Of a stretch of 32,000 bases of DNA, positions 1-9,104 are shown piece by piece (position 1 is the stretch's first letter; each line of letters opens with the position of its first letter). Where the stretch lies: NCBI GenBank assembly GCA_963675915.1, contig OY780959.1, positions 990,001 through 1,022,000 of the forward strand. Direction: 5' to 3'. The position numbers and the translations under genes were made by a program. Below the pieces are notes generated by a model. The model was not told where the DNA came from, did no database searches, and was given only the letters and a program-made list of their open reading frames with translations. The stretch is from Coprobacillaceae bacterium (GTDB lineage Bacteria; Bacillota_I; Bacilli_A; Erysipelotrichales; Coprobacillaceae).

Positions 1-917
1 CTCAATTTCAATTTCAACAAAATGCGATATGCCGCCATGTCAAAATACCTGAGTCTGATCAAAAACCTGACAATCCGGTTTGACTCGTCTCCGGTTTTGA
101 TAAAATACTTGATTTCCCGTTTGGTAAAAAAAGTCTTGGGATAAGTCGAATCGGCCAATTCTTTCTTATAAAAGTTCAGTGCGTCTTTACGCAAAGCGGT
201 TGAGACCGGACTTTGGGACTTGGTGGTCGAGATGCCACCCAAGCGGTAAAAAATACCGTCGATGTCATAGGCAGTTTGAATTGCGATGCCATTGCGGTTG
301 CACTTCGCAAAAAAAGGGCCGTCTTCCCAGTAAACATAATCCTCATCAAAGTACCCAAGCTGCTTGAGGACTGAGTTTTCGACACAGATAGCGCTTCCAC
401 TCGCCATTTCAAAATATTTCCCCGTAATCAAAGAGCAGTACTGCTTTTGTGGAGAATCATGTTTATTCAGTTTTTCATAATAAGCCGGACACGGCATTCT
501 TCGAATCTGGCGCTCATCATTGGTCAACTGGATCCGGCTGTATGAAAGGATAGCAGCGCCGGTTGCTTTCATCCGGCTGGCAATGTCGCCCACAACGTCT
601 TCATTTACAAAAACATCACCCATGCTTAGCAAGATAATGTATTTACCCTGGGCTTTTTTACAGGCACTGTTCAGGTTTTTGACAGTTCCCATGTTCTTTT
701 CATGGTGAATGACCTTGACACTCTCGATGTTCGGGTTGCGGTATTTATCAATAACCGCATTAACTGAATTTTCATCAAAATTTGCTGAACCGTCATCACA
801 AACAAGATATTCGATTCGAGGATGGTTCTGGCTCAGCGCTGATTTGACAGTCTGATCCAAAGCATCAAAATTCCGATAGGTCATGGTGATGATAGAGATT
901 AAATCACAATCGTTCAT
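1..917 (-). CDS. Family-2 glycosyltransferase (GT-A); 3' end runs off the window
   Basis: ATG at 917-915 sits 4 nt after AGGAGGA (rc of 921-927). I checked every in-frame triplet from 917 to 3 by hand and found no stop. The N-terminus MNDCDLISIITMTYRNFDALDQTVKSALSQ...YLVCDDGS...NMGTVKNLN is the GT2 signature. It is missing from the ORF track only because it has no stop inside the window. Confidence 0.85.
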   Translation of the reverse strand, partial: MNDCDLISIITMTYRNFDALDQTVKSALSQNHPRIEYLVCDDGSANFDENSVNAVIDKYRNPNIESVKVIHHEKNMGTVKNLNSACKKAQGKYIILLSMGDVFVNEDVVGDIASRMKATGAAILSYSRIQLTNDERQIRRMPCPAYYEKLNKHDSPQKQYCSLITGKYFEMASGSAICVENSVLKQLGYFDEDYVYWEDGPFFAKCNRNGIAIQTAYDIDGIFYRLGGISTTKSQSPVSTALRKDALNFYKKELADSTYPKTFFTKREIKYFIKTGDESNRIVRFLIRLRYFDMAAYRILLKLKL

Positions 918-1051
918 AGTTCCTCCTCGCCAATCTTGGATCGGGTTACCACCCCCTTATTTGACTCTCAATGACCGGGAGTCTTCAAGCGGTATTGATA
1001 TTATCAAGATGATGGTCACCTATTTCAAAATTGACAAATGTACACCATTTA

Positions 1052-1080
1052 ATTATACAAAATCAGGGGGTCAAAAACAA
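1052..1080 (-). promoter_or_regulatory. Sigma-A type promoter for the GT2 gene at 1..917
   Basis: Read on the minus strand: TTGTTT (1080-1075), a 17-nt spacer, then TATAAT (1057-1052) directly preceded by TG. This leaves a leader of about 130 nt before the ATG at 917. Confidence 0.45.
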
Positions 1081-1367
1081 GTTTTTACTACGATATTTAT
1101 GATTCTTTCCCTAAGCGTCAAATCGACCTTGACTGTCAATTAAATCCCCTGCCAGCTTCTGGGGCTGGCCATGATTTGTGATAATCTTGCCATTTGGGAC
1201 CCGATTTGCCCAAATCGGGCTACCTGGCTTAACGAAATAACTTGATAGGCGCAGTCATTTTCGGTTTTTCTAAAATAAAAAGAAGGAATTTCCCGGATGC
1301 GACAATTCCGGTAAATTCCTTCAACAAGATCCAAAACCAAACCCTCAGGGCCAAACTAGCGCTGTTA

Positions 1368-2336
1368 CTAGCGGTTGGCCAGTCGGGCTTTGAAACTGGC
1401 AGCTACAAACAATTTTCTTGCCACAAATCCGATTGCCATCAGCGAATGGAGCCTTAACCGCTCCTTGAAATTAAGTAGATCATAATTGCTTAACAAGCCA
1501 ATTATATCGGTTTGGTACTCGCAGCTATGGTTGATGTATTTTGCATATTTAACATCAGCCAGGGTCTCGCGCTGCTTGAACAAGTAGATTAGCGGCAGCG
1601 AGTAACGCGACAAGGTGCTAAACAGATAGCCACCGCTTTCGAGCAAATCCTGCATCAGCAGCATTTCCAACAAATAGAGCTCGATGGTATCGGCGCTGGA
1701 CATGATGCTTACTGGCCGTTGGCGATAGCCAAAAGCATTAATCGGCAGGTATTTGATCTTGCCGGATTTCAGGATTGAAAAGATCAAAGCCGTATCGTCG
1801 CAGAAATTTCTGGTCAGATTGGCAGTGACACTGCTTCTAAAGACAAAGCAGGTGATATGGACATAATATCGGCTCCAAAAAAGCGCATTGGTAGCCAGCT
1901 GATAGTTTTTGGGAATCACCTTTTCGCCACTGTCCCAAAATTTCTGGTAATTGGTATAACAACCGCTATAAGCAGGTTCCTGTTCCAAAAAATCCAGCTG
2001 GATCTGACACTTGTTTTCATCAATAAGCAAATCATCTCCGGACATGACCATCAGGTAATCACCGGTAGCCAGTGAGAATCCCCTTTTGATTACATTGGAA
2101 ACTCGAAGTGAAGGAATCACATTTTGGGGATTGCCCCGATCCACGACAAAGTACTTGATTGTCTCGGGATACTTGTGGTGATATTCCTTGATGATCTCAA
2201 TACTTCCATCACTGGAACCATCATCACCAATGATTATTTCCAACTCGTGACTGATATTTTGGCTAAGGCAACTGTCAATCGCATCACGCAGGTATTGAGC
2301 TTCATTATAGGAGATAACAATTATTGATAGTTTCAT
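1368..2336 (-). CDS. Family-2 glycosyltransferase
   Basis: 322-aa ORF. MKLSIIVISYNEAQYLRDAIDSCLSQ...IIIGDDGSSDGS...MSGDD is a classic GT2 N-terminal domain with a DxD motif. GAGGGTG RBS lies upstream. Confidence 0.9.
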   Translation of the reverse strand: MKLSIIVISYNEAQYLRDAIDSCLSQNISHELEIIIGDDGSSDGSIEIIKEYHHKYPETIKYFVVDRGNPQNVIPSLRVSNVIKRGFSLATGDYLMVMSGDDLLIDENKCQIQLDFLEQEPAYSGCYTNYQKFWDSGEKVIPKNYQLATNALFWSRYYVHITCFVFRSSVTANLTRNFCDDTALIFSILKSGKIKYLPINAFGYRQRPVSIMSSADTIELYLLEMLLMQDLLESGGYLFSTLSRYSLPLIYLFKQRETLADVKYAKYINHSCEYQTDIIGLLSNYDLLNFKERLRLHSLMAIGFVARKLFVAASFKARLANR

Positions 2337-2627
2337 TTCGCACCCTCACTTGATTTTTACCGGTATAATTATTTATTTTCTAATACCATGCAGCCATTAG
2401 ACACTTCTAGAAATGTTCAACACAACTATTTAATAGTATATGATAGAAATTTTCATGTCAATATCATTACCCTAATTCACGGATATTATTTCAGCTTGAT
2501 TTCCAGCTTCGGCCTTGGATTTCATCCTAGCACCCAAATTAAATTGTTTTCGCATATCCCGAGAAAGTCATTTAAATATTGCCGGAAAAATGATAATATT
2601 ATAAGCAATGCAAAGGAGGATGACGTT

Positions 2628-3686
2628 TTGAAAAAAAGATTGATTGGACTAGATTTGTTCAGGATTGGTGCTGCCGCCGTGATTTTTCTTTTTCACAGCC
2701 ATATGCATATTCACAGCAATTACGGATTTTTGAACAATTTCATTTCCATGGGAGCTGTTTTCATGACCGGATTTTTCATGTTGTCCGGATTTTCGATGTA
2801 TTATGTTTATCAAGGCTGTGATTTCACCAAATTGGACAGGATTGTCAACTTCTACAAAAAAAGGGCTGTTGGCATCCTCCCTAATTATTACCTAGTGGCT
2901 TTGCTGTACGTCTTGATTATTGAAAAGGACTACTTGCTTAACATAATAATTGCTCCCATCGAGTTGTTTGGCATCCAAACTGTATTCACTTCATTGTTCC
3001 CCTTTTCCCACAATAGCGGGACCTGGTTCATATCCGGCATTCTGATTTGCTACGCCCTTTTCCCGTTTCTTTGTACATGTCTGGACCAGTTCTGTACGAA
3101 AACAAAGTCTTGGATGCTTGGCCTTTTGACAGCCCTGTTGCTCTATGCCCCGATTGTTGTCCTGGTTTTCCAAACTGCCGACATCTATTCAAATTCATTT
3201 TTCCGCTTTTTGGAATTTATGATTGGCGCTTTGATTTCTTCCCTGCTCAATAAATTCAGTTCACTTGGGAAATTATCAAAAATTTTAGCCAGTAAATGGT
3301 TAATCTTAACTGAGGGATTGTCACTGGTTGCCGCCATCAGTCTAGCTGTTTCGCTCAAATGGCAAATAGATAATTATATGATGTACTCCTGGATTGTGGT
3401 GCCGTTTTTTTCCTTGATGATGATCTCACTAGCAATAGCTGACGTCGACATATTCTCAAATTCAAAAACAGTATTGTATCTAAGCAAAATATCCTACGCA
3501 TTTTTCCTGGTTCAATTTTTTGTTTGGCCGCTTATCAAGGAAATAGAAAAAATGTTTGGATATCTAAGTAATCCAAACAAAATAATCGCCAGCTTGGCCC
3601 TTTGTCTCATCCTGGCCATGATATTATTTGAAGCTGTAGAAAAGCCGATTAGAATACTACTTTTGAAAAAGACAGCAGTTAATTAG
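2628..3686 (+). CDS. Acyltransferase-3 family membrane O-acyltransferase (OafA/WecH-like)
   Basis: I place the start at TTG 2628, 7 nt after AAGGAGGA (2613-2620). The product begins LKKRLIGLDLFRIGAAAVIFLFHSHMH, the conserved acyltransferase-3 opening, followed by about 10 hydrophobic helices. The extra 80 aa in the ORF-track version (2388) look non-coding. Confidence 0.8.
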   Translation: MKKRLIGLDLFRIGAAAVIFLFHSHMHIHSNYGFLNNFISMGAVFMTGFFMLSGFSMYYVYQGCDFTKLDRIVNFYKKRAVGILPNYYLVALLYVLIIEKDYLLNIIIAPIELFGIQTVFTSLFPFSHNSGTWFISGILICYALFPFLCTCLDQFCTKTKSWMLGLLTALLLYAPIVVLVFQTADIYSNSFFRFLEFMIGALISSLLNKFSSLGKLSKILASKWLILTEGLSLVAAISLAVSLKWQIDNYMMYSWIVVPFFSLMMISLAIADVDIFSNSKTVLYLSKISYAFFLVQFFVWPLIKEIEKMFGYLSNPNKIIASLALCLILAMILFEAVEKPIRILLLKKTAVN

Positions 3687-3824
3687 GCTTATATTCAAGA
3701 CATCCTAACAAGCAGCCCCAATATCATAATATTGTTCGAAGCAAGACACTCAAACAATTATCATCCTAAAATCATCCCCCTAGATTAGACAATAACAAGT
3801 GGACCCGTGTTATTTGAGATGTAC

Positions 3825-3861
3825 TACCTTTACTGGAAAATACCAGTGAAGGTATTTTTTT
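3825..3861 (+). terminator. Rho-independent terminator downstream of the acyltransferase gene
   Basis: Stem TACCTTTACTGG (3825-3836) pairs with CCAGTGAAGGTA (3843-3854), one G-U pair, followed by TTTTTTT (3855-3861). Confidence 0.7.
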
Positions 3862-3883
3862 AATCCCCCATATTCGTTGCCAA

Positions 3884-3911
3884 ACAATAAAAAGCAGCCC
3901 CAGCGGCTGCT
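3884..3911 (-). terminator. Rho-independent terminator for the GNAT/wzx operon (minus strand)
   Basis: Stem AGCAGCC (3893-3899) pairs with GGCTGCT (3905-3911) around a 5-nt loop. On the minus strand it is followed by TTTTTATTGTTT. Confidence 0.6.
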
Positions 3912-3994
3912 AAATTGTTTGCTTGCAATCAAATCAAGACTAATCATGATAATGCTGACTATGAATATCAAATCACCAAGATTCAAAAAAACAA

Positions 3995-4486
3995 TCAAGC
4001 CTGATACCAGTAGAACGATGCCAATTGTTCCTGTGAATACAGATTTTTCAGACTGGTCGGGATGTTTTCCACCCGTTGGTAACCATTTTTATCATAGAAG
4101 CGCACCGCCCGGTGATTGTCCGCTGCCACACACCAGTAGATCCGTTCGAGCTGATAATCTTCCTTCCCGATTCTGATGATTTCCTGCATCCCGTATTTGG
4201 AGAAACCTTTGCCCATCGCTGTAGCTCTGATGGCAATGGCGAATTCCGCAAAACTTTCGGCTTGATTGATATGTTTCAAGCTGACCGTGCCCATATATTG
4301 GTCAATCTCATCGACAATCGCCAGATTCAAATCACTGCTTGTATCCTGACTTGATTCGATAAAAGCCAGGCAGTCTTCAAGCTGTTTTGAAGCAAAATTG
4401 CCGGCCAAATTACTGACCACATTATCATCATGCATCCACTCCAGCATATAGCTGGCATCTTTATTTTCCAACTTTCGTAATCTCAT
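3995..4486 (-). CDS. GNAT-family N-acetyltransferase (RimJ/RimL-like); candidate amino-sugar N-acetyltransferase
   Basis: 163-aa ORF with GNAT-type layout (MRLRKLENKDASYMLEWMHD..., ...AIAIRATAMGKGFSKYGMQEII..., ...RAVRFYDKNGY). Its start lies 16 nt downstream of the wzx stop, consistent with the same operon. Confidence 0.75.
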   Translation of the reverse strand: MRLRKLENKDASYMLEWMHDDNVVSNLAGNFASKQLEDCLAFIESSQDTSSDLNLAIVDEIDQYMGTVSLKHINQAESFAEFAIAIRATAMGKGFSKYGMQEIIRIGKEDYQLERIYWCVAADNHRAVRFYDKNGYQRVENIPTSLKNLYSQEQLASFYWYQA

Positions 4487-4502
4487 CTTACCTTCCTCAC
4501 AA

Positions 4503-5918
4503 TCACTTTCTACTATCTAGCAAAATTTTTATATCTTTGGCATATGGCAATCCGATTGCAATCGAAGCGACCAGGGCAAATCCAACTCCCATAAGGGTTG
4601 ACTCCGCTAAAAACAGGCGCCAGACAATGATAAAAAAAGCCATCACACTACTTGAAATCAGGAACTGCTTGCGCAGTTTCATCAGTTTCATCTTGGTCAA
4701 CACAACAATGGCCAGGATATCGGAAACAACATAACCGATCAAGGTTGCAATCGAAGCTCCTTCAATCCCCAAGGTGGGAATCAAAGTAAGATTCAAAAAG
4801 ATGTTTACAATCGCCCCGAGCGAAAGAATAAAGAGATTCGGCCAGGTTCTTTTAACCACCAGAAACTGATTGCAGGCCACCTGGAAAAGCATTTGTAATA
4901 ATGGAGCCAAAAACAGATATGGCGCCACGATATAACCGCTGACATATTCCCGGGCGAAAAGGATCTCGAAAATCAGTTTTGCCAACGCAAAGACGAAGGC
5001 CCCGCAAATGAAGGATATTATTCCCAAATATTCAAATACCCGGGAATTTGATTCCACCTGGTTCTTCTCTTTCATGGTTGAAAATGCGAAAAACTGCCAG
5101 CCCCCGCCAAAGGCAATGTAGATCAGCTGACTGGCACTCCCCAGTTTGGATCCCACCGAATAAATTCCGGAAGCCCCAATGCCAATCAGATTGGTTATCA
5201 TCAAACGGTCGCTGGAATTGAAGATCCAATATATCAAGAAATTCGGCAATAAAGGCACGGCAATAAGCAGCAGTTGCTTGAGGTATTCAAAATTGAATCG
5301 GCGCGGATTGAACCAGCTATGGTTTAAAAAGCCAAATGCGGCTTCCATCGTAATACCCGAGACCATCTGCGCCAGCGGCAAGGCAATGACATAATAACCG
5401 TTTAGCAAAAACGGGATGGCGATTGAATAAGAAAGAATCGGACTGACGGTATTGGCAATCAGGAAAATCTTTCTTTTGTTTTGCATCCTTGTCGGAGCCG
5501 AAATAATGGTGTTGGTCGAACCGACCAGCACCGCAATCGCCACAATGTAGATCAAATACGCATACTGAGGATCACCCCAGAACCATCTCGAGATGAAATC
5601 CCGCAACAACAGCATGATCACAAAGATGACAAAAGACGAGAAAACCGTAAAAGTGAAAGCAGTTGAGCAAATATCTTTTTTGTATTCCTCATCTTCCTTT
5701 TCAAAAAACATCCGGTACATCGCGTCATACATTCCCATAATCGCCAATGATGTACATAATGAAAGGATAGTATTGGCCAAATCGGAAATCCCGAAATATG
5801 ATGAATCGGGCATCATCCGGGTTACGATTGGAACCATAACAAGCGGAATAATCTTACTGATTATTCCGCCCACGCCATAGACAATGAAATTTTCGACAAA
5901 TAATTTAAACTTGTTCAT
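4503..5918 (-). CDS. wzx: Wzx-type oligosaccharide flippase (MOP superfamily polysaccharide biosynthesis protein)
   Basis: 471 aa and hydrophobic throughout, with roughly 12-14 predicted helices. The N-terminus MNKFKLFVENFIVYGVGGIISKIIPLVMVPIVTR is typical of flippases. It sits among sugar-modification genes. Confidence 0.8.
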   Translation of the reverse strand: MNKFKLFVENFIVYGVGGIISKIIPLVMVPIVTRMMPDSSYFGISDLANTILSLCTSLAIMGMYDAMYRMFFEKEDEEYKKDICSTAFTFTVFSSFVIFVIMLLLRDFISRWFWGDPQYAYLIYIVAIAVLVGSTNTIISAPTRMQNKRKIFLIANTVSPILSYSIAIPFLLNGYYVIALPLAQMVSGITMEAAFGFLNHSWFNPRRFNFEYLKQLLLIAVPLLPNFLIYWIFNSSDRLMITNLIGIGASGIYSVGSKLGSASQLIYIAFGGGWQFFAFSTMKEKNQVESNSRVFEYLGIISFICGAFVFALAKLIFEILFAREYVSGYIVAPYLFLAPLLQMLFQVACNQFLVVKRTWPNLFILSLGAIVNIFLNLTLIPTLGIEGASIATLIGYVVSDILAIVVLTKMKLMKLRKQFLISSSVMAFFIIVWRLFLAESTLMGVGFALVASIAIGLPYAKDIKILLDSRK

Positions 5919-6016
5919 ATATAATTCAACTTTCTTGTTCTAAAATCATCTTCCTGAAGTTTCCCCAAGCGAAGTTTCCAGGATAATTTGGCACTGACTA
6001 TGATGATTGGAATCTA

Positions 6017-7117
6017 TTATTTTGTGAATTTGTTGATGGTTTCAATCACATGAGTGATTTGATCATCGCTCAGGCCATAGTACATCGGAATGCTCAGCTG
6101 AGTCGCACTGATTTCTTCAGCAATCGGGAGACTGCCCTTGGCAATGTTCAGGTCTTGATAACATTCCTGAAGATGCATTGGAATCGGATAATGCTTATTG
6201 GTCGAGATTCCGTTCTCCTTCAGGTAATCAGCCAGTTCGTCGCGGTAGTCACAGCGGATGGCAAAAATATGCCACACCGGAACTGCCTCTTCAATTACAT
6301 AAGGCAAAGTCACCAATGGATTGGTGATTTCTTTTAAATAACGTCCGGCAACTCGACGGCGTTCTTGATTCATCCGGTCCAAATGAGGCAGTTTCGCTCC
6401 TAAAAAAGCCGCTTGCATCTCATCAAGGCGGGAATTATGCCCTTTGTAGATATGATGATATTTATAGTCGGAACCGTAGTTACCCAACGCTCTGATTTTT
6501 TGAGCCACCGCTTCATCATTGGTTACTGCCGCTCCGGCATCACCTAGGGCACCTAAGTTCTTACCAGGATAAAAACTGAATCCGGCCGCGTCACCTAAAC
6601 TTCCGATAACCTGTCCCTGATAAGTGGCTCCATGAGCCTGAGCACAGTCTTCTACAACAACCAGATTGTGTTTTTGGGCAATTTCCATAATCGGTTCCAT
6701 CTCGCATGGTTGACCGTAAAGATGAACCGGCATGATTGCTTTGGTTTTGGCAGTAATCTTGGCTTCTATTTTGGTCGGATCAATATTGAAAGTTTCCAAA
6801 ACCGGTTCAACAAAAATCGGCGTCGCCCCCACGTAAGTGACCGCCAGGGCCGTCGCAATATAGGTATTCGAAGGAATGATGACTTCATCTCCTTCACCGA
6901 TATTCAAAGCTTTTAAAGCCAGCATCAGCGCATCAAGACCGTTTCCAGTCCCCACGCAATACTTGGTAGTACAGTATTTTGCGAATGCTGCTTCAAAGGT
7001 TGAGAGCTCCTCGCCATCAATATACCAGCTGCTCTCGTATACTCGCTTGAATGCCCCTCTTAATTCTTGATCAAGTTCCTTTTCCATCGGAACAAAAGAT
7101 ACAAATGGTACGTTCAT
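6017..7117 (-). CDS. DegT/DnrJ/EryC1/StrS-family PLP aminotransferase (FdtB/QdtB-like dTDP-3-keto-6-deoxyhexose 3-aminotransferase)
   Basis: 366 aa. It has the PLP-lysine motif [17 protein letters not shown], plus ...[21 protein letters not shown]... and ...EDCAQAHGA.... It lies immediately downstream of the ketoisomerase gene. Confidence 0.85.
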   Translation of the reverse strand: MNVPFVSFVPMEKELDQELRGAFKRVYESSWYIDGEELSTFEAAFAKYCTTKYCVGTGNGLDALMLALKALNIGEGDEVIIPSNTYIATALAVTYVGATPIFVEPVLETFNIDPTKIEAKITAKTKAIMPVHLYGQPCEMEPIMEIAQKHNLVVVEDCAQAHGATYQGQVIGSLGDAAGFSFYPGKNLGALGDAGAAVTNDEAVAQKIRALGNYGSDYKYHHIYKGHNSRLDEMQAAFLGAKLPHLDRMNQERRRVAGRYLKEITNPLVTLPYVIEEAVPVWHIFAIRCDYRDELADYLKENGISTNKHYPIPMHLQECYQDLNIAKGSLPIAEEISATQLSIPMYYGLSDDQITHVIETINKFTK

Positions 7118-7128
7118 AAATTTTCTCC

Positions 7129-7545
7129 TTATTTGCTTTCTTTGGCTTGTTTTTCAACCATGGCTTTAAAATCATCATAGTTCCGGATATAATCGCTTTC
7201 ATCATACAACTCCGATGCCAGTACCATCAAGACCGCATCGTCAGAGAAGTCGTACATCTCCCGCCACATGTTGTTGGCTACATAAAGCCCCTCATATGGT
7301 TTTTCCAGCGGGACGATTTTCTTTTCAAAGCCGTTGTCCAGCCGGATTTTGCAGCTGCCATGGATGCAAATCAGGATTTGTTCCAATTTTTGATGGGCGT
7401 GGTACCCGCGGGTCACTCCCGCTGCGGTGTCATACATATAATAGACCCTCTTGATTTCAAATGGGATATCCTTGAATTCCTCCAAAGCGACTAGTTGGCC
7501 GCGATCGTCACCGTGCGGTTGAAATACATATTTTACTACTTGCAT
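7129..7545 (-). CDS. FdtA/QdtA-family (WxcM-like cupin) dTDP-4-keto-6-deoxyglucose 3,4-ketoisomerase
   Basis: 138 aa. The sequence [28 protein letters not shown]...[28 protein letters not shown] matches the FdtA/QdtA cupin signature, including the HxH pair. Confidence 0.85.
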   Translation of the reverse strand: MQVVKYVFQPHGDDRGQLVALEEFKDIPFEIKRVYYMYDTAAGVTRGYHAHQKLEQILICIHGSCKIRLDNGFEKKIVPLEKPYEGLYVANNMWREMYDFSDDAVLMVLASELYDESDYIRNYDDFKAMVEKQAKESK

Positions 7546-7878
7546 TTTGCCTTCCCCCTGTAATATTTTATCGTTTTGTCATCCGGTTTAAATTATCAAA
7601 CCGTTGATGATCTTTTTTGTCTTATGCCTATTGGCATCTTCTGGCCGCAAAATCGATACGCTTGTACGCCTCTGGCCAGCTTGGTTTGGGGCGACTAGCG
7701 CCAAACCCCAACTTTGAATCCCGTTGAAGTGATTGATAGCCCGGTTTCCTGGGCCTGCCCGCTCCATTTTGGGAACTTAGTCAGCTGACCAAGCTGATTT
7801 TGAGCAGAGCCAAAATCGCCAAATCCCAGCCATAATCGGCTTAATTCACGCGATTCTCGCAATTTAAAAAGGATACCA

Positions 7879-8061
7879 GAATAATTCAGCAAAAAACCAG
7901 CCGATTCGCCAAATCAATATCGCATCCTAAATGCCTTCCATTCCAATTTTAATTTGAATACCTGCCATATAGTCTCCTCCAAATATTTTTGATAAACTCG
8001 TTCAGGCATTCGCCAGGTTAATGTTGTTGAATAATTGACTATCAATCCCAGCCGATTCGCC
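7879..8061 (-). repeat. Two copies of a 32-33-nt direct repeat in an ORF-less region
   Basis: Copy A is 7879-7910 and copy B is 8029-8061. Both read GAATAATT, then 10-11 variable nt, then CCAGCCGATTCGCC on the plus strand. Function unknown. Confidence 0.5.
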
Positions 8062-8815
8062 CTGAGATATCCCTGCCTTTGGTAAGAAATCCACGCTTAC
8101 TTGGTTATTTTAAACAAGTAATTGTCTACTTTGATTCCAATTCATTCACAACAGTGGTTTAATGATAAATCATAGAAAAATCGTAACATTTTATCACTCC
8201 AAAGTCAACAATATTTGGCGGTTCATCAAAGCGCTGCCAGTCGGTTTTTGATAGCCAAAAACAGGAATAAATTTAACATATACAACCCTTTTTCAGCATT
8301 TAGTCGTCAGCCCCAGCGCCTTATCTAAATTAATATAACGAGCTAAAAATCAAGATCACTGCCAAACCGACCTAGGCTATGGCTTAAGCAAACCGGCAAA
8401 CCGTTAAAAAACAACACCGCTATTTAAAATAATGGATCCCACCTTGATGAGTGACCACTTCTCCTTGAGAATTTGGAAATTAGCATCAACTTCACCAGAT
8501 AAAACCCAATTCCCCCTAGCCGCCAAGGGCCGGACTATATTATTTGATTTCCCTTGGGCTCGACCGTCAATTTTGGCAGTTCATTTAATCGAGTAATCCA
8601 GTGGATTGTTGGAACGCTCAAATGTTTTACGGTCTGTTTTATTCATTAACTGGTTTGGCTGAAAACAGCCCAAAACGGACCAGCCAGAATATTTTTTTAA
8701 TTAACACCAGTAACCAATTGTCCAAGTGTAAACAAATTAGAGGTTATCGCGTATTAGTACAATCTACACACTAAGATAAAACACAATATATTTTAACTCA
8801 TAAAATCGTTAATTG

Positions 8816-8843
8816 TTTACAATGTTCTAAAATGTGTTATAAT
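8816..8843 (+). promoter_or_regulatory. Strong extended -10 sigma-A promoter upstream of the CE4 deacetylase gene
   Basis: TTTACA (8816-8821), a 16-nt spacer, then TGtTATAAT (8835-8843). This predicts a 5' leader of about 255 nt before the ATG at 9105. Confidence 0.55.
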
Positions 8844-9104
8844 AATCGTGAGAAGTGATTGTCTTTTTTATCCGCATGTCCATCTGGATTAACAACTAAG
8901 CAAAGGGGTCCGGACCAATAATCCCGGAACAGTAGACTATCCCCTTAAAACCGATGGCGGATAGAAACTATCATGAATTGGCGGAGACGTTTCTTTTGGC
9001 ACGGGAACCAATATCAACATTGAATCAACAGCATTCAAACGAATCATTTTACATTTTAATAATAATAATATTGCATTGACATATTACCTAGAGAGGTGAT
9101 AATT

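Noticed and set aside
1140-1340. A 66-aa minus-strand ORF (MVLDLVEGIYRNCRIREIPSFYF...) between the two GT2 genes.
   Set aside because: It has a TTG start without an RBS and is very short. It could be a relic of a third transferase gene, but I cannot support a call from sequence alone.
2388-2627. An 80-aa N-terminal extension of the acyltransferase ORF in the ORF track.
   Set aside because: It has no RBS and odd composition, and it lies upstream of the conserved family N-terminus. A strong AAGGAGGA sits 7 nt before the in-frame TTG at 2628.
7695-7892. A 65-aa minus-strand ORF in the ORF-less region.
   Set aside because: It has no RBS, starts with a non-ATG codon, shows no recognisable motif and overlaps one copy of the direct repeat. 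I treat it as chance or as a relic of decay.
7879-8061. A CRISPR-like or other repeat array.
   Set aside because: There are only two copies, the spacing is not a regular repeat-spacer pattern, the repeat is bipartite with a variable middle, and no cas genes are in the window.
8850-9104. A possible c-di-GMP class I riboswitch, suggested by GCAAAGGGGTCCGGACC resembling the GCAAAGCC-CCGG core.
   Set aside because: Only one short segment resembles the consensus. I could not find the first GNRA/receptor half or the P1 stem. It is kept only as an unclassified structured-leader hypothesis.
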